From an archaeon (lineage in GTDB: Archaea; Nanobdellota; Nanobdellia; Pacearchaeales; GW2011-AR1), in assembly GCA_043797265.1 (NCBI GenBank), contig JAZDPV010000012.1, positions 58,016-122,015 of the forward strand: DNA of 64,000 nucleotides, read 5' to 3'. Positions within the stretch are counted from its first letter, which is position 1. Each line of letters begins with the position of its first letter. The position numbers and the translations under genes are program-made. Of this stretch, positions 1-10,067 are shown in pieces. Below the pieces are notes generated by a model, which made no database searches, had not been told where the DNA came from, and saw only the letters and a list, made by a program, of their open reading frames with translations.

Positions 1-1649
1 CCCGAATAAACATAATACTCCTTGCTCCCTTTCTTGATTTTGTAAAACGGCGCAACCGCAACAAAAATATGCCCGCCCTCAATCAACGCCGGCACATAAC
101 GATAAAACAAAGTAAGCAACAACGCCTTGATATGCTGCCCATCAACATCCGCATCCGTCATAATTATAATCTTATTATATCTCAACTTCGAAATATCAAA
201 CGAATCACCGACGCCCGTCCCAATTGCCGTAATCAAATTCGAAATCTGCTCCGACCCCAGCGCCTTCACCGGATTCGACTTCTCAACATTCAAAACTTTT
301 CCACGTAAAGGCAAAATCGCCTGCGTCTCCCTGTCTCGCCCGCCCTTCGCCGTCCCGCCAGCAGAATCCCCTTCGACAACATACAACTCCGTCGTCTCTC
401 GCCTCTTGCTCGAACAATCCGCCAACTTCCCCGGCAAACCCGAACCAACACTCAACGCATTCTTCCGACGAACCAACTCCTTCGCTTTCTTCGCCGCCTC
501 CCTCGCCTTCAACGCCGAACTCGCCTTCGCCAAAATCACCTTCGCAACCGCCGGATTCTCCTCGAGAAAATCAGTCAACGCCGAACTCGCCATCGAATCA
601 ACAATCCCTTTAATCTCCCCATTCCCCAGCTTCGTCTTCGTCTGCCCCTCAAATTGCGGCTCCGACATCTTCAACGAAATCACAGCGGTAATCCCCTCGC
701 GAACATCCTCGCCCGACAACTTCTGTCCATTCTTGAAAGCCCCCGTCTTCGCCCCATAATCATTAATCGCCCTCGTCAACGCCGTCTTCAACCCCGCGAC
801 ATGCGTCCCACCCTCAATTGTATTTATCGTGTTCACAAATCCCTGAATATTCTCATTATAAGAATCCGAATATTGAATCGCAACCTCAACCACCGTCTTC
901 CCCTCTTCTCTCTTGAAATAAATCGGCTTCGCGTGAATCGGCTTCCTCGTCTTGTTCAACCAGCTAACAAACTCGACCAACCCGCCGCTATAACAAAAAG
1001 AACTAACCTTCTCTTCCTCTCTAAAATCACTAAACACAATTTTCAACCCCGCATTCAAAAAACAAGTTTCCCTAAACCTCGTCGCCAAAGTCTTGTAATC
1101 AAAATCAATCACGGAAAAAATCGCGCCATCAGGAATAAAACTAACCTTCGTCCCATGCTTCCCCGCGTCCGCCTTCCCGACAACCTCAACATCCCTCTTC
1201 GGCTTCCCAATCACATACTCCTGCGCATAAACCTTCCCGTCCTTCGTCACCTCAACCCTCATAAACTTCGACAAAGCCGAAACAACAGAAATACCGACGC
1301 CATGCAAACCGCCCGAAACAGCATACGCCTTGTTGTCAAACTTCCCGCCCGCGTGCAACTTCGTGACAATAATTTCCATCGCCGACTTCTTGTAAATCGG
1401 ATGCTCATCAACCGGCATCCCACGCCCGTCATCCTCAACAACAACCGACCCGTCCTTATTCAACGTAACATTTATCGTCGTCGCAGCCCCAGCCATGTGC
1501 TCATCAACCGAATTATCGACAACCTCATAAACCAAATGATGCAAACCATACTTATCAGTAGAACCAATATACATTCCCGGTCTTTTCCGCACCGCCTCAA
1601 GTCCTTCCAAAACCGTAATATCTTTCGCAGAGTAATTATCGTCAGCCAT
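1..1649 (-). CDS. gyrB: DNA gyrase subunit B (3' end outside window; not in ORF track)
   Basis: Manual translation: MADDNYSAKDITVLEGLEAVRKRPGMYIG...HHLVYEVVDNSVDE (GHKL ATPase); Toprim motif IIIMTDADVDGQHI near the window start. Confidence 0.95.
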   Translation of the reverse strand, partial: MADDNYSAKDITVLEGLEAVRKRPGMYIGSTDKYGLHHLVYEVVDNSVDEHMAGAATTINVTLNKDGSVVVEDDGRGMPVDEHPIYKKSAMEIIVTKLHAGGKFDNKAYAVSGGLHGVGISVVSALSKFMRVEVTKDGKVYAQEYVIGKPKRDVEVVGKADAGKHGTKVSFIPDGAIFSVIDFDYKTLATRFRETCFLNAGLKIVFSDFREEEKVSSFCYSGGLVEFVSWLNKTRKPIHAKPIYFKREEGKTVVEVAIQYSDSYNENIQGFVNTINTIEGGTHVAGLKTALTRAINDYGAKTGAFKNGQKLSGEDVREGITAVISLKMSEPQFEGQTKTKLGNGEIKGIVDSMASSALTDFLEENPAVAKVILAKASSALKAREAAKKAKELVRRKNALSVGSGLPGKLADCSSKRRETTELYVVEGDSAGGTAKGGRDRETQAILPLRGKVLNVEKSNPVKALGSEQISNLITAIGTGVGDSFDISKLRYNKIIIMTDADVDGQHIKALLLTLFYRYVPALIEGGHIFVAVAPFYKIKKGSKEYYVYS

Positions 1650-1782
1650 CATCCCTCACACACTAAAAAATCAAACTCACTTTAAAAATCTTTGTAAGAT
1701 TTTTTCGAGAATCATCTTTAATGATACTCTATAAACATTTGCCCGCCAAAAATCAATTTTACCGACGACAAATCAAAATTCA

Positions 1783-1953
1783 TTAATTCTTCTTCCCCTT
1801 CTTAACCCACTTAACTTTCTTGCTCAACCGCCCCATCGCAAAATTTTTCCGGCACTTCGACCCGCAAAAATACTTCACGCTCCCATCTTTCTGCACAACC
1901 GTCACGCCCCGCGGAAACTCATACCCTCTCTTGCAAAAACTACAAACTGGCAT
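1783..1953 (-). CDS. rpl24e: 50S ribosomal protein L24e (56 aa; not in ORF track)
   Basis: MPVCSFCKRGYEFPRGVTVVQKDGSVKYFCGSKCRKNF...; CxxC...FCxxKC TRASH motif; AGGAGG SD; rpl7ae-rps28e-rpl24e context. Confidence 0.93.
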   Translation of the reverse strand: MPVCSFCKRGYEFPRGVTVVQKDGSVKYFCGSKCRKNFAMGRLSKKVKWVKKGKKN

Positions 1954-2212
1954 TTATCCTCCTTCTGACTGATAAAAAATAATTATAATCTATATTCCCC
2001 CCCTCACCCGCGCAAGGTCTAGCAATAACCTCACTCGAATAAACTACTCCGTATCCTTCCCATAAAAAATTTTTAAAACCTATTGCTCTTCCAATATCTC
2101 CCCCAAAAGGAATTTCAACCAACTGAACCTCACTTCCTAACCTATCATCAACCATTTTAATCAAAGCATCATTCAAGGAAGCACAAACCATCTCTTCAAA
2201 ACTTTTTCCCAT
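1940..2212 (-). CDS. hypothetical protein inserted between rps28e and rpl24e
   Basis: 90-aa ORF with purine-rich SD; overlaps rpl24e start; no recognisable motif. Confidence 0.55.
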   Translation of the reverse strand: MGKSFEEMVCASLNDALIKMVDDRLGSEVQLVEIPFGGDIGRAIGFKNFLWEGYGVVYSSEVIARPCAGEGGNIDYNYFLSVRRRINASL

Positions 2213-2252
2213 TAATCTCTCCCCCTACAATTTACACAACCCGCCAAGTCAC

Positions 2253-2310
2253 ACTTCCAGCGAAGCGGACTTCCAGCGAAGCGGACTTCCAACTTCCAGC
2301 GAAGCGGACT
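2253..2310 (+). repeat. ACTTCCA heptamer / GCGAAGC mini-hairpin array
   Basis: acttcca-gcgaagcgg x2, acttcca, acttcca-gcgaagcgg. Confidence 0.9.
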
Positions 2311-2329
2311 GATTAAAATGCTCCGCATT

Positions 2330-2644
2330 TTAATCTCTTCCCCCAAATTTATTCTTCCCTATCCATCTCGCTTCAATCTCCGTCTCCCTCAACATCAAAA
2401 TATCTCTCTTGTCAACCGGCCCCCGAACATTCCGCCTTATCGACTTCCCCCGATTTTTCCCCTGCAAAATCTTGCACTTCACCTGAGTAATCTCGCCACG
2501 CGTCCCGCCCCGCCCCAAAGTCGCCTCGACAATCGCCGGCACGACACCGCCCTCCGTCAACTTCTCGGCGCCCTTCGACCCCGCGCTCTTCTTCTCTTGA
2601 TTATCCTGCTTCTTATCCTGCTTCTTATTTTCCTTTTTAGCCAT
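2330..2644 (-). CDS. rps28e: 30S ribosomal protein S28e with Lys-rich N-terminal extension
   Basis: GRGGTRGEITQVKCKIL...IRRNVRGPV..DILMLRETEIEAR. Confidence 0.93.
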   Translation of the reverse strand: MAKKENKKQDKKQDNQEKKSAGSKGAEKLTEGGVVPAIVEATLGRGGTRGEITQVKCKILQGKNRGKSIRRNVRGPVDKRDILMLRETEIEARWIGKNKFGGRD

Positions 2645-2666
2645 CTTAAATCCTACCCCCTACCTC

Positions 2667-2966
2667 CTACTTACTACCTTCTATCTTAGCTTCCCCAACC
2701 TCGATAACCGCAACCGCCGACGCCGGCCGATTAATCCCAACAGAAATCCCCAACTTCTCACGCGAATCAACCTCGACAAACTTAATATTTTTCTCCTCAC
2801 ATAAAATACTCAAATGCTGCGTCAGCTCCTTCGGCTCAACATCCTTCGCGACAACAACCATTTTCGCAACCCCCCGCTCGACCGCCTTCGTCACCTCATT
2901 CACGCCCTTATCAACTTTCCCGGTCTTCGCCGCCTTCTCAACCACATCATAAACACTATTCGCCAT
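2667..2966 (-). CDS. rpl7ae: ribosomal protein L7Ae
   Basis: KGVNEVTKAVERG.AK.VV.A.DV.P...HL..LCEEK motif. Confidence 0.95.
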   Translation of the reverse strand: MANSVYDVVEKAAKTGKVDKGVNEVTKAVERGVAKMVVVAKDVEPKELTQHLSILCEEKNIKFVEVDSREKLGISVGINRPASAVAVIEVGEAKIEGSK

Positions 2967-2982
2967 TTCAAATCCAAGAATC

Positions 2983-3003
2983 CCTCAGGGAATCCTTCAT
3001 CGG
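2983..3003 (-). promoter_or_regulatory. kink-turn in rpl7ae 5' UTR (L7Ae autoregulatory site)
   Basis: Minus strand CC-GAU-GA-AGG-auuc-CCU-GA-GG: C-stem, 3-nt bulge, tandem G.A pairs, NC-stem, 16 nt upstream of the ATG. Confidence 0.7.
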
Positions 3004-3072
3004 TAAAAACATTCCGAAAATTCAGTTTATAAAACTATCGGCAAAAAAACCCTTCCATAATTTTGATTAATG

Positions 3073-3176
3073 GCAGAGAATTTCGCAACATAAAAATTTT
3101 CGGCTTTCGCACATAAGAAAAATTTTACCCCAACACTCCGCAATTCGGGGTATGCCGAGCGGCGACCAAGAAATTA
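3073..3176. repeat. dispersed intergenic element, copy 1 (homologous to 37720-37791)
   Basis: Shares gcag.gaatttcgc / tcgcacataagaa / ccaagaaatta blocks with the copy downstream of EF-1a. Confidence 0.65.
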
Positions 3177-4265
3177 CCGCCAGGAATCACAAATTACTTC
3201 ATCCGTCCTCTCCCTCGGCGAAATATCAACCTTATCCAAATCCCAATAAACTCCTGACGCCTGATTTCTGACGCCTGATTTCTGCGCCGCGCGCCACATC
3301 TTCAACCCCAAATACCCAATCATCCCCGCATTATCAACCAGCAAACTCCTCGGCGGCACAAATAACTTGCAACCTCGCTCCTCGCACATAATCCTGCACA
3401 TTTCCTGCAACCGCGAATTACAAGCAACCCCGCCGCCCAACAAAAGTTCTTTCTTTCCAGTATGCGCCAACGCCCTCTCCGCAACCTCAACCAGCATCGC
3501 AAACACAACCTCCTGCATCGAATACGCAATCTTAAATTTATCCTCGCCCCTCTCAATCAAATTCTTAATCTTCGTCTGCATCCCCGCAAACGCAACATCC
3601 ATCCCCTTCACCGAATACGGCAACTCCAAAATCTCAACCCATTTTCTTTTAGATTCGTGTCCATCTGTGTTCATTCGTGAGCAATTATTTTCTTTCAATG
3701 TCCGTGAGATATACTCCTCCGCCATCTTCTCAATCTTAGGCCCAGCAGGAAATCCAAGTTTCATAAATCTCCCAACCGTATCAATAAAATTCCCAACTCC
3801 CAAATCCAACGTCTCACCAAAAACCCGATACTTCCCCGCCTCGTAAGCAATCACCTGAGTATTCGCTCCCGACGCATAAAGCATAACCGGATCCCTCGCC
3901 CCGACACTCTCCCCAATTTCCAAATGTGCAACACAATGATTAACACAAACAACCGGTATACCAAGCCGCCCCGCAATCTTCTTCACAAATTCCATCCCCT
4001 CCAAAAGACACGGGGCCAACCCCGGCGCATTCGAAAACGCAACAGCGTCGATATTTTCCTCAGAAATCCCTGCCTCATCCAAAGCCCGCTTATACAAACC
4101 ATCGCCAACTTTCCTATGATGCTTCCGAACTTCCAAAGGAATCATCCCGCCTTCTTCAGTAAAATATGAATCCTTAACATTAGAAAGTATATTCCCTTCT
4201 ATATCAACAACCGCCACACCAAACGTATGCGCCGTACTCTCAACCCCCAAAATAAACTTTCCCAT
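3174..4265 (-). CDS. kae1: tRNA t6A threonylcarbamoyltransferase Kae1/TsaD
   Basis: LGVESTAHTFG, VNHCVAHLE, SGANTQ, GGVACN, DNAGMI motifs; two repeat-derived insertions. Confidence 0.96.
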   Translation of the reverse strand: MGKFILGVESTAHTFGVAVVDIEGNILSNVKDSYFTEEGGMIPLEVRKHHRKVGDGLYKRALDEAGISEENIDAVAFSNAPGLAPCLLEGMEFVKKIAGRLGIPVVCVNHCVAHLEIGESVGARDPVMLYASGANTQVIAYEAGKYRVFGETLDLGVGNFIDTVGRFMKLGFPAGPKIEKMAEEYISRTLKENNCSRMNTDGHESKRKWVEILELPYSVKGMDVAFAGMQTKIKNLIERGEDKFKIAYSMQEVVFAMLVEVAERALAHTGKKELLLGGGVACNSRLQEMCRIMCEERGCKLFVPPRSLLVDNAGMIGYLGLKMWRAAQKSGVRNQASGVYWDLDKVDISPRERTDEVICDSWR

Positions 4266-4337
4266 CCCAATCCAATAAAAATCTATTTTAAAAAACTTTA
4301 GATAAAATTATAAATACCCTTTATGCCATTTTAAACC

Positions 4338-5381
4338 ATGGTGATAGAAAAAGAAAAAACATTTTTGGATTTTATAAAATTAGTCTCACCCGGAACGCTT
4401 CTAAGAAATGTAATCGACGACCTAATCCGCTCAGACCTCGGCGGCACAATTGTATTCAACAGCCCCGAACTCTATTCCCAAAATATCGCCGAGGGCGGCT
4501 TCCGAATCAACTGCCGATTCACACCGCAAAAACTTTTCGAACTCTGCAAAATGGACGCCGCCGTGATAATATCTCCCGACCTAAAAAGAATTCTCCAGGC
4601 AAACGTCACGCTGACCCCGGACTCGTCAATACACACAACCGAAACCGGCACGCGACACAAATCAGCCGAACGAACCGCGAAACAAGCCCACACATTCATC
4701 ATCGCAATTTCCGAACGACGAAAAAAAACAACCCTCTATTACGACACCTCTCGATACTATCTCAAATCAATAGACGAACTAATCAGAAATATCAGCTCAA
4801 CTCTTCAGCTCCTCGAAAAACAAAGAGAAATCTTAAACGAAAACACAGCGAACCTCAACATCCTCGAAATGTCCGAAATCGTCTCCATCAGCGACGTCTG
4901 CCAAGTCATCCAAAGAACCGAAATGATTCAAAAAATATCAAACTCAATCAAGCGAAATTTCACCGAACTCGGAAAAGAAGGCAACATCATGCACATGCGA
5001 TACCGCGAACTTCTAAAAGACGTCGAAAAAACCGAAAACGATATTCTCCGAGACTACTCAACCCTCCCGCTACGACGCTCCAAAACTCTCCTCTCAAACC
5101 TGACCTTCGACGGACTCCAAGACCTCGACTCAATCGCAAGACTAATCATAGACAAACCCCTTGAAAAAATCATCGCCCCAAAAGGTTTCAGGTTCCTGTC
5201 ACACCTCACCCTCTCAGAAAAAGAAATCTCTCAAATAATAAAACAACATCACGACATAGACAAAATAATAAAAACAGAACCGACCGACCTTGAACCAATA
5301 CTAAAAAATCGCGCCGACACAATCCATAAAGAAATCAGAAACCTCCGCGAACAAGTCCTGAACGGAAAAACAATTTGCTAA
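4338..5381 (+). CDS. disA: DNA integrity scanning diadenylate cyclase DisA
   Basis: VSPGT.LR, ELCKMDAA, TETGTRHKSAERTAKQ, ISERRKKTTLY, ELGKEG..., PKGFR.L: DAC + linker + HhH layout. Confidence 0.88.
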   Translation: MVIEKEKTFLDFIKLVSPGTLLRNVIDDLIRSDLGGTIVFNSPELYSQNIAEGGFRINCRFTPQKLFELCKMDAAVIISPDLKRILQANVTLTPDSSIHTTETGTRHKSAERTAKQAHTFIIAISERRKKTTLYYDTSRYYLKSIDELIRNISSTLQLLEKQREILNENTANLNILEMSEIVSISDVCQVIQRTEMIQKISNSIKRNFTELGKEGNIMHMRYRELLKDVEKTENDILRDYSTLPLRRSKTLLSNLTFDGLQDLDSIARLIIDKPLEKIIAPKGFRFLSHLTLSEKEISQIIKQHHDIDKIIKTEPTDLEPILKNRADTIHKEIRNLREQVLNGKTIC

Positions 5382-6415
5382 TGCTAACCAAAACTCAACT
5401 CAACGAAATCAGAAACCATTTAGAAACCTCACAAAACCCCCTCTTCTTTTTCGACAACGACGCCGACGGACTCTGCGCATTCCTAATTCTCAGACGAGCA
5501 ATCAACCGCGGCAAAGGCGTCGCAATAAAATCATTCCCCGACCTGAAAAAACAATACCTGAAAAAAGTCGACGAACTCAACCCCGACGCGATATTCATCC
5601 TCGACAAAGCCGAACTAAGCAAAGAATTCGCCGAAACAATAGAACAAAAAAACATCCCGCTAATCTGGATTGACCATCACGAAACAAAAACCCCGGAAGA
5701 AATCATCAAAAAAACTTTCTACTACAACTCGCTCCCGTCCGCCGAACCAACTACCTACATCGCACAAAAAATTTTCAACCGCCAAGAAGACCTCTGGCTC
5801 GCAGTCATCGGATGCATCAGCGACGCGTATATGCCAGACTTCGCAAACCAATTCGCAAAACAAAACCCAGAATTATTAAACCCAAACATCGAACCCCTCG
5901 ACGCGCTCCACTCAACAGAAATCGGAAAAATAATCCGCCTGCTAAATTTCGGGCTCATGGACACGACGACAAATGTCCTCACAATGATAAAATATCTTTC
6001 CAAAGCAAACAACGCCCAAGACATCCTCGAAGAAAACCACAGCACAAAACAACTCCACAAAAGATACTCCCAGCTCAACGGATTCCTAAACAAACAAGTC
6101 GAAAAAGCCGAATCAAACTTCGACCCAAAATCAAAAGCCCTTTTCTTCTCTTACGCCGGCAACACATCAATGTCATCTGAAATCGCAAACAAACTTTACT
6201 ACAACCATAAAGACAAAATAATCGTCGTCGCATTCAAGCGCCCAGAAAAAATCAACATCTCAATCCGCGGAGACAACGCACTCAAAATAACAAAACAAGC
6301 AATCGCAAACATCGAAGACGCAACCGGCGGCGGACACGAAAAAGCAACCGGCGCAATGATTCCCGTCGACAAATTCGAGCAATTCAAAAAAAATATCAAG
6401 CAATTCACAACTTAG
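5381..6415 (+). CDS. DHH/DHHA1 family phosphoesterase
   Basis: DNDADG, IDHH, SIRG, GGGHEKATG motifs; start overlaps disA stop (TAATG). Confidence 0.9.
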   Translation: MLTKTQLNEIRNHLETSQNPLFFFDNDADGLCAFLILRRAINRGKGVAIKSFPDLKKQYLKKVDELNPDAIFILDKAELSKEFAETIEQKNIPLIWIDHHETKTPEEIIKKTFYYNSLPSAEPTTYIAQKIFNRQEDLWLAVIGCISDAYMPDFANQFAKQNPELLNPNIEPLDALHSTEIGKIIRLLNFGLMDTTTNVLTMIKYLSKANNAQDILEENHSTKQLHKRYSQLNGFLNKQVEKAESNFDPKSKALFFSYAGNTSMSSEIANKLYYNHKDKIIVVAFKRPEKINISIRGDNALKITKQAIANIEDATGGGHEKATGAMIPVDKFEQFKKNIKQFTT

Positions 6416-6502
6416 AAACACTTAAAAACTAACAAAAATCAATAACACTATGACTAACACATTAGCAATCCCAATCAACTAAACTAGTCGCAACACTTTC
6501 TC

Positions 6503-7477
6503 ATGAGTTCCAAAAACAAAGAACAAATTGCAAAAGAAAATATCCTCCGCGAAAGCGAAGAAGCCGAAGGTATACCAATCAAAGGATACGATTTCGACAA
6601 CGGCATAAACTACGAAAAACTAATCGACTCCTACGCAACAACCGGCGCACAGGCATCAAACCTCGCGCAAGCAATAAAAATAATAAAAAAAATGCGCGAA
6701 CAAAAAGCATTCATCTACCTCGGCTACACATCCAACATGGTTACCTCCGGACTAAGAGATATCTTCAGATTCCTCGCAAAACACAAACTCGTCGACGTAA
6801 TCGTGACAACCGCCGGCGGAATCGAAGAAGACATAATAAAATGCCTCGGCGATTTCAAGCTCGGCGATTTCAGATTAAAGGGCGCAACCCTCCGCGAAAA
6901 AGGAATCAACCGCGCTGGCAACATCCTAATTCCAAATTCAAGATACTGTAGATTCGAGGACTTCATAATTCCAATTCTCGAAAAACACAAAAACGAAACA
7001 ATTCCCGCATCAAAACTAATCAACCTATTAGGCGAAAAAATAAACAACGAAAAATCCATCTACTATTGGACACAAAAAAACAAAATTCCGGTATACTGCC
7101 CGGCAATAACCGACGGAAGCTTGGGCGACATGGTATACTTCTTCAAAAGTAAAAATCCAAATTTCAAAATCGATGTATCCGACGACATAGTCGAACTAAA
7201 CAACTCAACAATCGGAAAAGAAAAAATCGGCGTCATAATTCTCGGAGCAGGAATAATAAAACATCACATCCTAAACGCAAACATGTTCCGAAACGGCGCC
7301 GATTTCGCGGTCTACATAAACAGCGCACAGGAACACGACGCTTCCGACGCTGGTGCACTTCCGGAAGAAGCAATTTCGTGGGGCAAACTTACCAAGGAAT
7401 GTGAATCTGTAAAAGTTTACGGCGACGCAACAATTTTATTCCCTCTAATCGTCGCAAAATGTTTTGCCAAGAATTAG
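6503..7477 (+). CDS. dys: deoxyhypusine synthase
   Basis: LGYTSNMVTSGLR, TTAGGIEED, GINRAGN, TDGSLGD, EAISWGK. Confidence 0.96.
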   Translation: MSSKNKEQIAKENILRESEEAEGIPIKGYDFDNGINYEKLIDSYATTGAQASNLAQAIKIIKKMREQKAFIYLGYTSNMVTSGLRDIFRFLAKHKLVDVIVTTAGGIEEDIIKCLGDFKLGDFRLKGATLREKGINRAGNILIPNSRYCRFEDFIIPILEKHKNETIPASKLINLLGEKINNEKSIYYWTQKNKIPVYCPAITDGSLGDMVYFFKSKNPNFKIDVSDDIVELNNSTIGKEKIGVIILGAGIIKHHILNANMFRNGADFAVYINSAQEHDASDAGALPEEAISWGKLTKECESVKVYGDATILFPLIVAKCFAKN

Positions 7478-7487
7478 ATCTTTAAAA

Positions 7488-7715
7488 TTATTCTAATTTC
7501 TTAGAACGCATATGCCTTGCAGCAAACCTCAAAATAGCATCTTCTCCTGTGCAGAAACTTAATTCAAGTATACAAGGAACATAAGAATCATAAACATCTT
7601 CAGCATGAGAAACCCTATAAGAAATACCAGCCTTACTTAATGCCCGTTTCAATAAATCAGTTTTAACTAATCTAGTATTCGCAACTAACGTATAATCTTT
7701 TCGACCAAAACCCAT
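7488..7715 (-). CDS. hypothetical protein
   Basis: 75-aa ORF with atypical composition filling a gap. Confidence 0.45.
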   Translation of the reverse strand: MGFGRKDYTLVANTRLVKTDLLKRALSKAGISYRVSHAEDVYDSYVPCILELSFCTGEDAILRFAARHMRSKKLE

Positions 7716-7766
7716 ACCAACCCCAACACACTCCCCTTTTTAAAAATTTCTATACTAAAACATATA

Positions 7767-8057
7767 TCACCACTTAATCGTCCTCGGTTCCCGTCGAATA
7801 TATTGAAAATCTCCAACCAACTCGTAAACTTCCAACGACGTTTCAACCTGGTCATCAAAATACCGAATCTGATACTCCCGCTCGTTCTCCGGATTATAAA
7901 CTTCAATAATCATTTCATTAGTATCCCTATGCTTCATAAACAAATAATGTTTATCGACGACCATCGCCTTCCCATTAATCCAAACCTTATCTCCCTCCTT
8001 CAACTTCCCAATCGCCTTCGACTGCCCCTCAATCTTCAACACAACCTCATCATCCAT
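7767..8057 (-). CDS. hypothetical protein (beta-rich, SH3/KOW-like)
   Basis: ORF with host-like codon bias; LKEGDKVWINGK. Confidence 0.7.
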   Translation of the reverse strand: MDDEVVLKIEGQSKAIGKLKEGDKVWINGKAMVVDKHYLFMKHRDTNEMIIEVYNPENEREYQIRYFDDQVETSLEVYELVGDFQYIRREPRTIKW

Positions 8058-8093
8058 AATCAAAAAACATTTTAACAATTTATAAAATTATCC

Positions 8094-9578
8094 TCAATAA
8101 CTCTTCCCCGCATAAACCTTAACCTTCGCGACCTTCCCACAAAACAAACACTTCCCCAACTTCTTCCCTGAATCCTGAATTCTGAATTCTGACACCTCGC
8201 TTGCACCAGCAAGCGTCCCCATCACCCTCGCCTGTAATTCCTTCTCGACAAACTCCGCGCACTTCTCCCCGTCCTTGTCACACGAACAAAAACTAAACCT
8301 CGCAACCTCCCCAGAATCCAACGCCTTCTTCACATCACCCTTCGACGCGCAATCAACAATCCTCGACGCAAAATCTTCATCCGCCCGCGCAATCAACCTC
8401 TCATCATATTCCGCTCCAAGATTTTTAATTGTCTCAACCAAATCCCCAGTCTTCACCGAAACCTTTTCTCGACTATCACGAATAAAAACCTCAACGCTCC
8501 CTGACTTCAATTCCTTCTCACCAATCTCAACCCGAAACGGCACACCCTTCATCTCCCAATAAAAAAACTTCTCGCCCACCCGCTTCTCCGAATCATCAAT
8601 CTCAACATCAATATAATCCCTCATCAAATCCGCCCGAATCTTATCTACTAATTCTGACACCTGAATTCTGACACCTGAATTCTTTGGCTCCATTGGAATT
8701 ACAACAACTTGCAACGGCGCCAAAATATAAGGCAAAACCAAACCATTATCATCCCCATGAACCGAAATCACCGACGCCAAAATCCTCGACATCGCCGGCC
8801 CATAACAAGTCAGCCACGGCACTTTATCCTTCCCCTTATTATCCTTAAAACTCAAATCAAACGCCTTCACAAAATGTTGCCCAATCAAATGCGTCGACGG
8901 CTGCTGAATAATCCGCCCGTCCGGCAAAATCGAATCCGACCCAATCGTATACTCCGCCCCCGGAAATTTGTCCCACTCCGGCCTCTTCATCGCCAAAAAC
9001 GGCACACCAAAAATCTTGTGCATCACTTCCTTCGTCATCATAACATCATCCCAAACCTGCACCTCCGCATCTTTCTTCGTCGCAAAAACATCATGCGCCT
9101 CAATCCAATGAAATTCCCTCGAACGAATCAACGGCCTCGTCGCCTTCGTCTCATTCCGAAAAACATTCGCCCGCTGATACAACTTCAACGGCAAATCCCG
9201 ATGACTCCTAATCCAAATCTTATACAAATCATAAAACGCCGTTTCGCTCGTCGGACGCAACGCCAACCTTTCCTCGCCCTGCTTTTTCTCCAGCCAAAAA
9301 ACGTCAGGCGCAAATCCCTCGACATGACTGCTCTCTTTCTCAAAATTCCCCTCAGGAATCACCGCCGGAAAAATCACCGGAGAATGTCCCGTCGCCCTCA
9401 ACGCCGATTCATAAATCCGATACATCTTCTCAATAATTCTCGCGCCCCACGGCCGAATCACAACAAACCCCTTCACCCCATATCTCAAATCAACAACCTC
9501 CGCCCTCGCTAAAATCTCCGAATACCACTCGCTAAAATTATCCTCCTTCGAAATATTAAAAGTCACTTTCTTACTCAT
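8094..9578 (-). CDS. proS: prolyl-tRNA synthetase (archaeal/eukaryal type)
   Basis: FSEWY, HVEGFAP, LRPTSET, TRPLIRSREF, KFPGA; C-terminal ...GKSY. Confidence 0.97.
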   Translation of the reverse strand: MSKKVTFNISKEDNFSEWYSEILARAEVVDLRYGVKGFVVIRPWGARIIEKMYRIYESALRATGHSPVIFPAVIPEGNFEKESSHVEGFAPDVFWLEKKQGEERLALRPTSETAFYDLYKIWIRSHRDLPLKLYQRANVFRNETKATRPLIRSREFHWIEAHDVFATKKDAEVQVWDDVMMTKEVMHKIFGVPFLAMKRPEWDKFPGAEYTIGSDSILPDGRIIQQPSTHLIGQHFVKAFDLSFKDNKGKDKVPWLTCYGPAMSRILASVISVHGDDNGLVLPYILAPLQVVVIPMEPKNSGVRIQVSELVDKIRADLMRDYIDVEIDDSEKRVGEKFFYWEMKGVPFRVEIGEKELKSGSVEVFIRDSREKVSVKTGDLVETIKNLGAEYDERLIARADEDFASRIVDCASKGDVKKALDSGEVARFSFCSCDKDGEKCAEFVEKELQARVMGTLAGASEVSEFRIQDSGKKLGKCLFCGKVAKVKVYAGKSY

Positions 9579-9620
9579 AGAAACAAATAATCACCGCCAT
9601 ATTTAAAACCACCGCCCAAA

Positions 9621-9745
9621 CCTCGCGCCGCGCGAGGCGGCGAAGCCGCCAAAGATCTGAGAACCGAAGGTTCTCTAATTTTCCCCTTCCCCACCTCCCC
9701 CAACCTCACCCATCCTCGCGAAGCGCCCATCCCCAAATTATTCCC
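9621..9745 (+). repeat. hairpin-head/C-rich-tail element, degenerate copy
   Basis: cctcgcg-ccg-cgcgagg, gcggc-gaa-gccgc, gagaacc-gaa-ggttctc followed by C-runs; homologous to 43833 and 63874. Confidence 0.8.
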
Positions 9746-9794
9746 AGCACCCATAAATCACAAACCCTTAAAAACAATTATAACATAAAATCCT

Positions 9795-10043
9795 ATGGAA
9801 ACAACTCTATTATCTATTATCTATTATCTATTATCTCTCTCTTTGGCCATCCCCCTCGGAATCATCCTCGCCAAAACAACCAAAGACGAAAAACAAATTT
9901 ACAAAAAATACTTCCCAAAAATCCTAATTATCCTCGCAATCCTAACAATCACCTCACTCATCCCCCCTACATCCTACCACCTACCTCCTACCATCTACTT
10001 CCTATTTCTATTCATCACAACCCTCGTCTGGCACAAAACTTAA
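9795..10043 (+). CDS. small membrane protein
   Basis: Three hydrophobic segments; contains two heptamer repeat tracts. Confidence 0.7.
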   Translation: METTLLSIIYYLLSLSLAIPLGIILAKTTKDEKQIYKKYFPKILIILAILTITSLIPPTSYHLPPTIYFLFLFITTLVWHKT

Positions 10044-10067
10044 AACCCCAAATTCTCTCTCAAAACT

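Noticed and set aside
654-1685. Long + strand ORFs antisense to gyrB, and similar shadows (8709, 35443, 37811, 39513, 48993, 58893 etc.)
   Set aside because: They lie opposite clearly identified genes, have R/N/L/P-rich nonsense composition and arise from the strand bias
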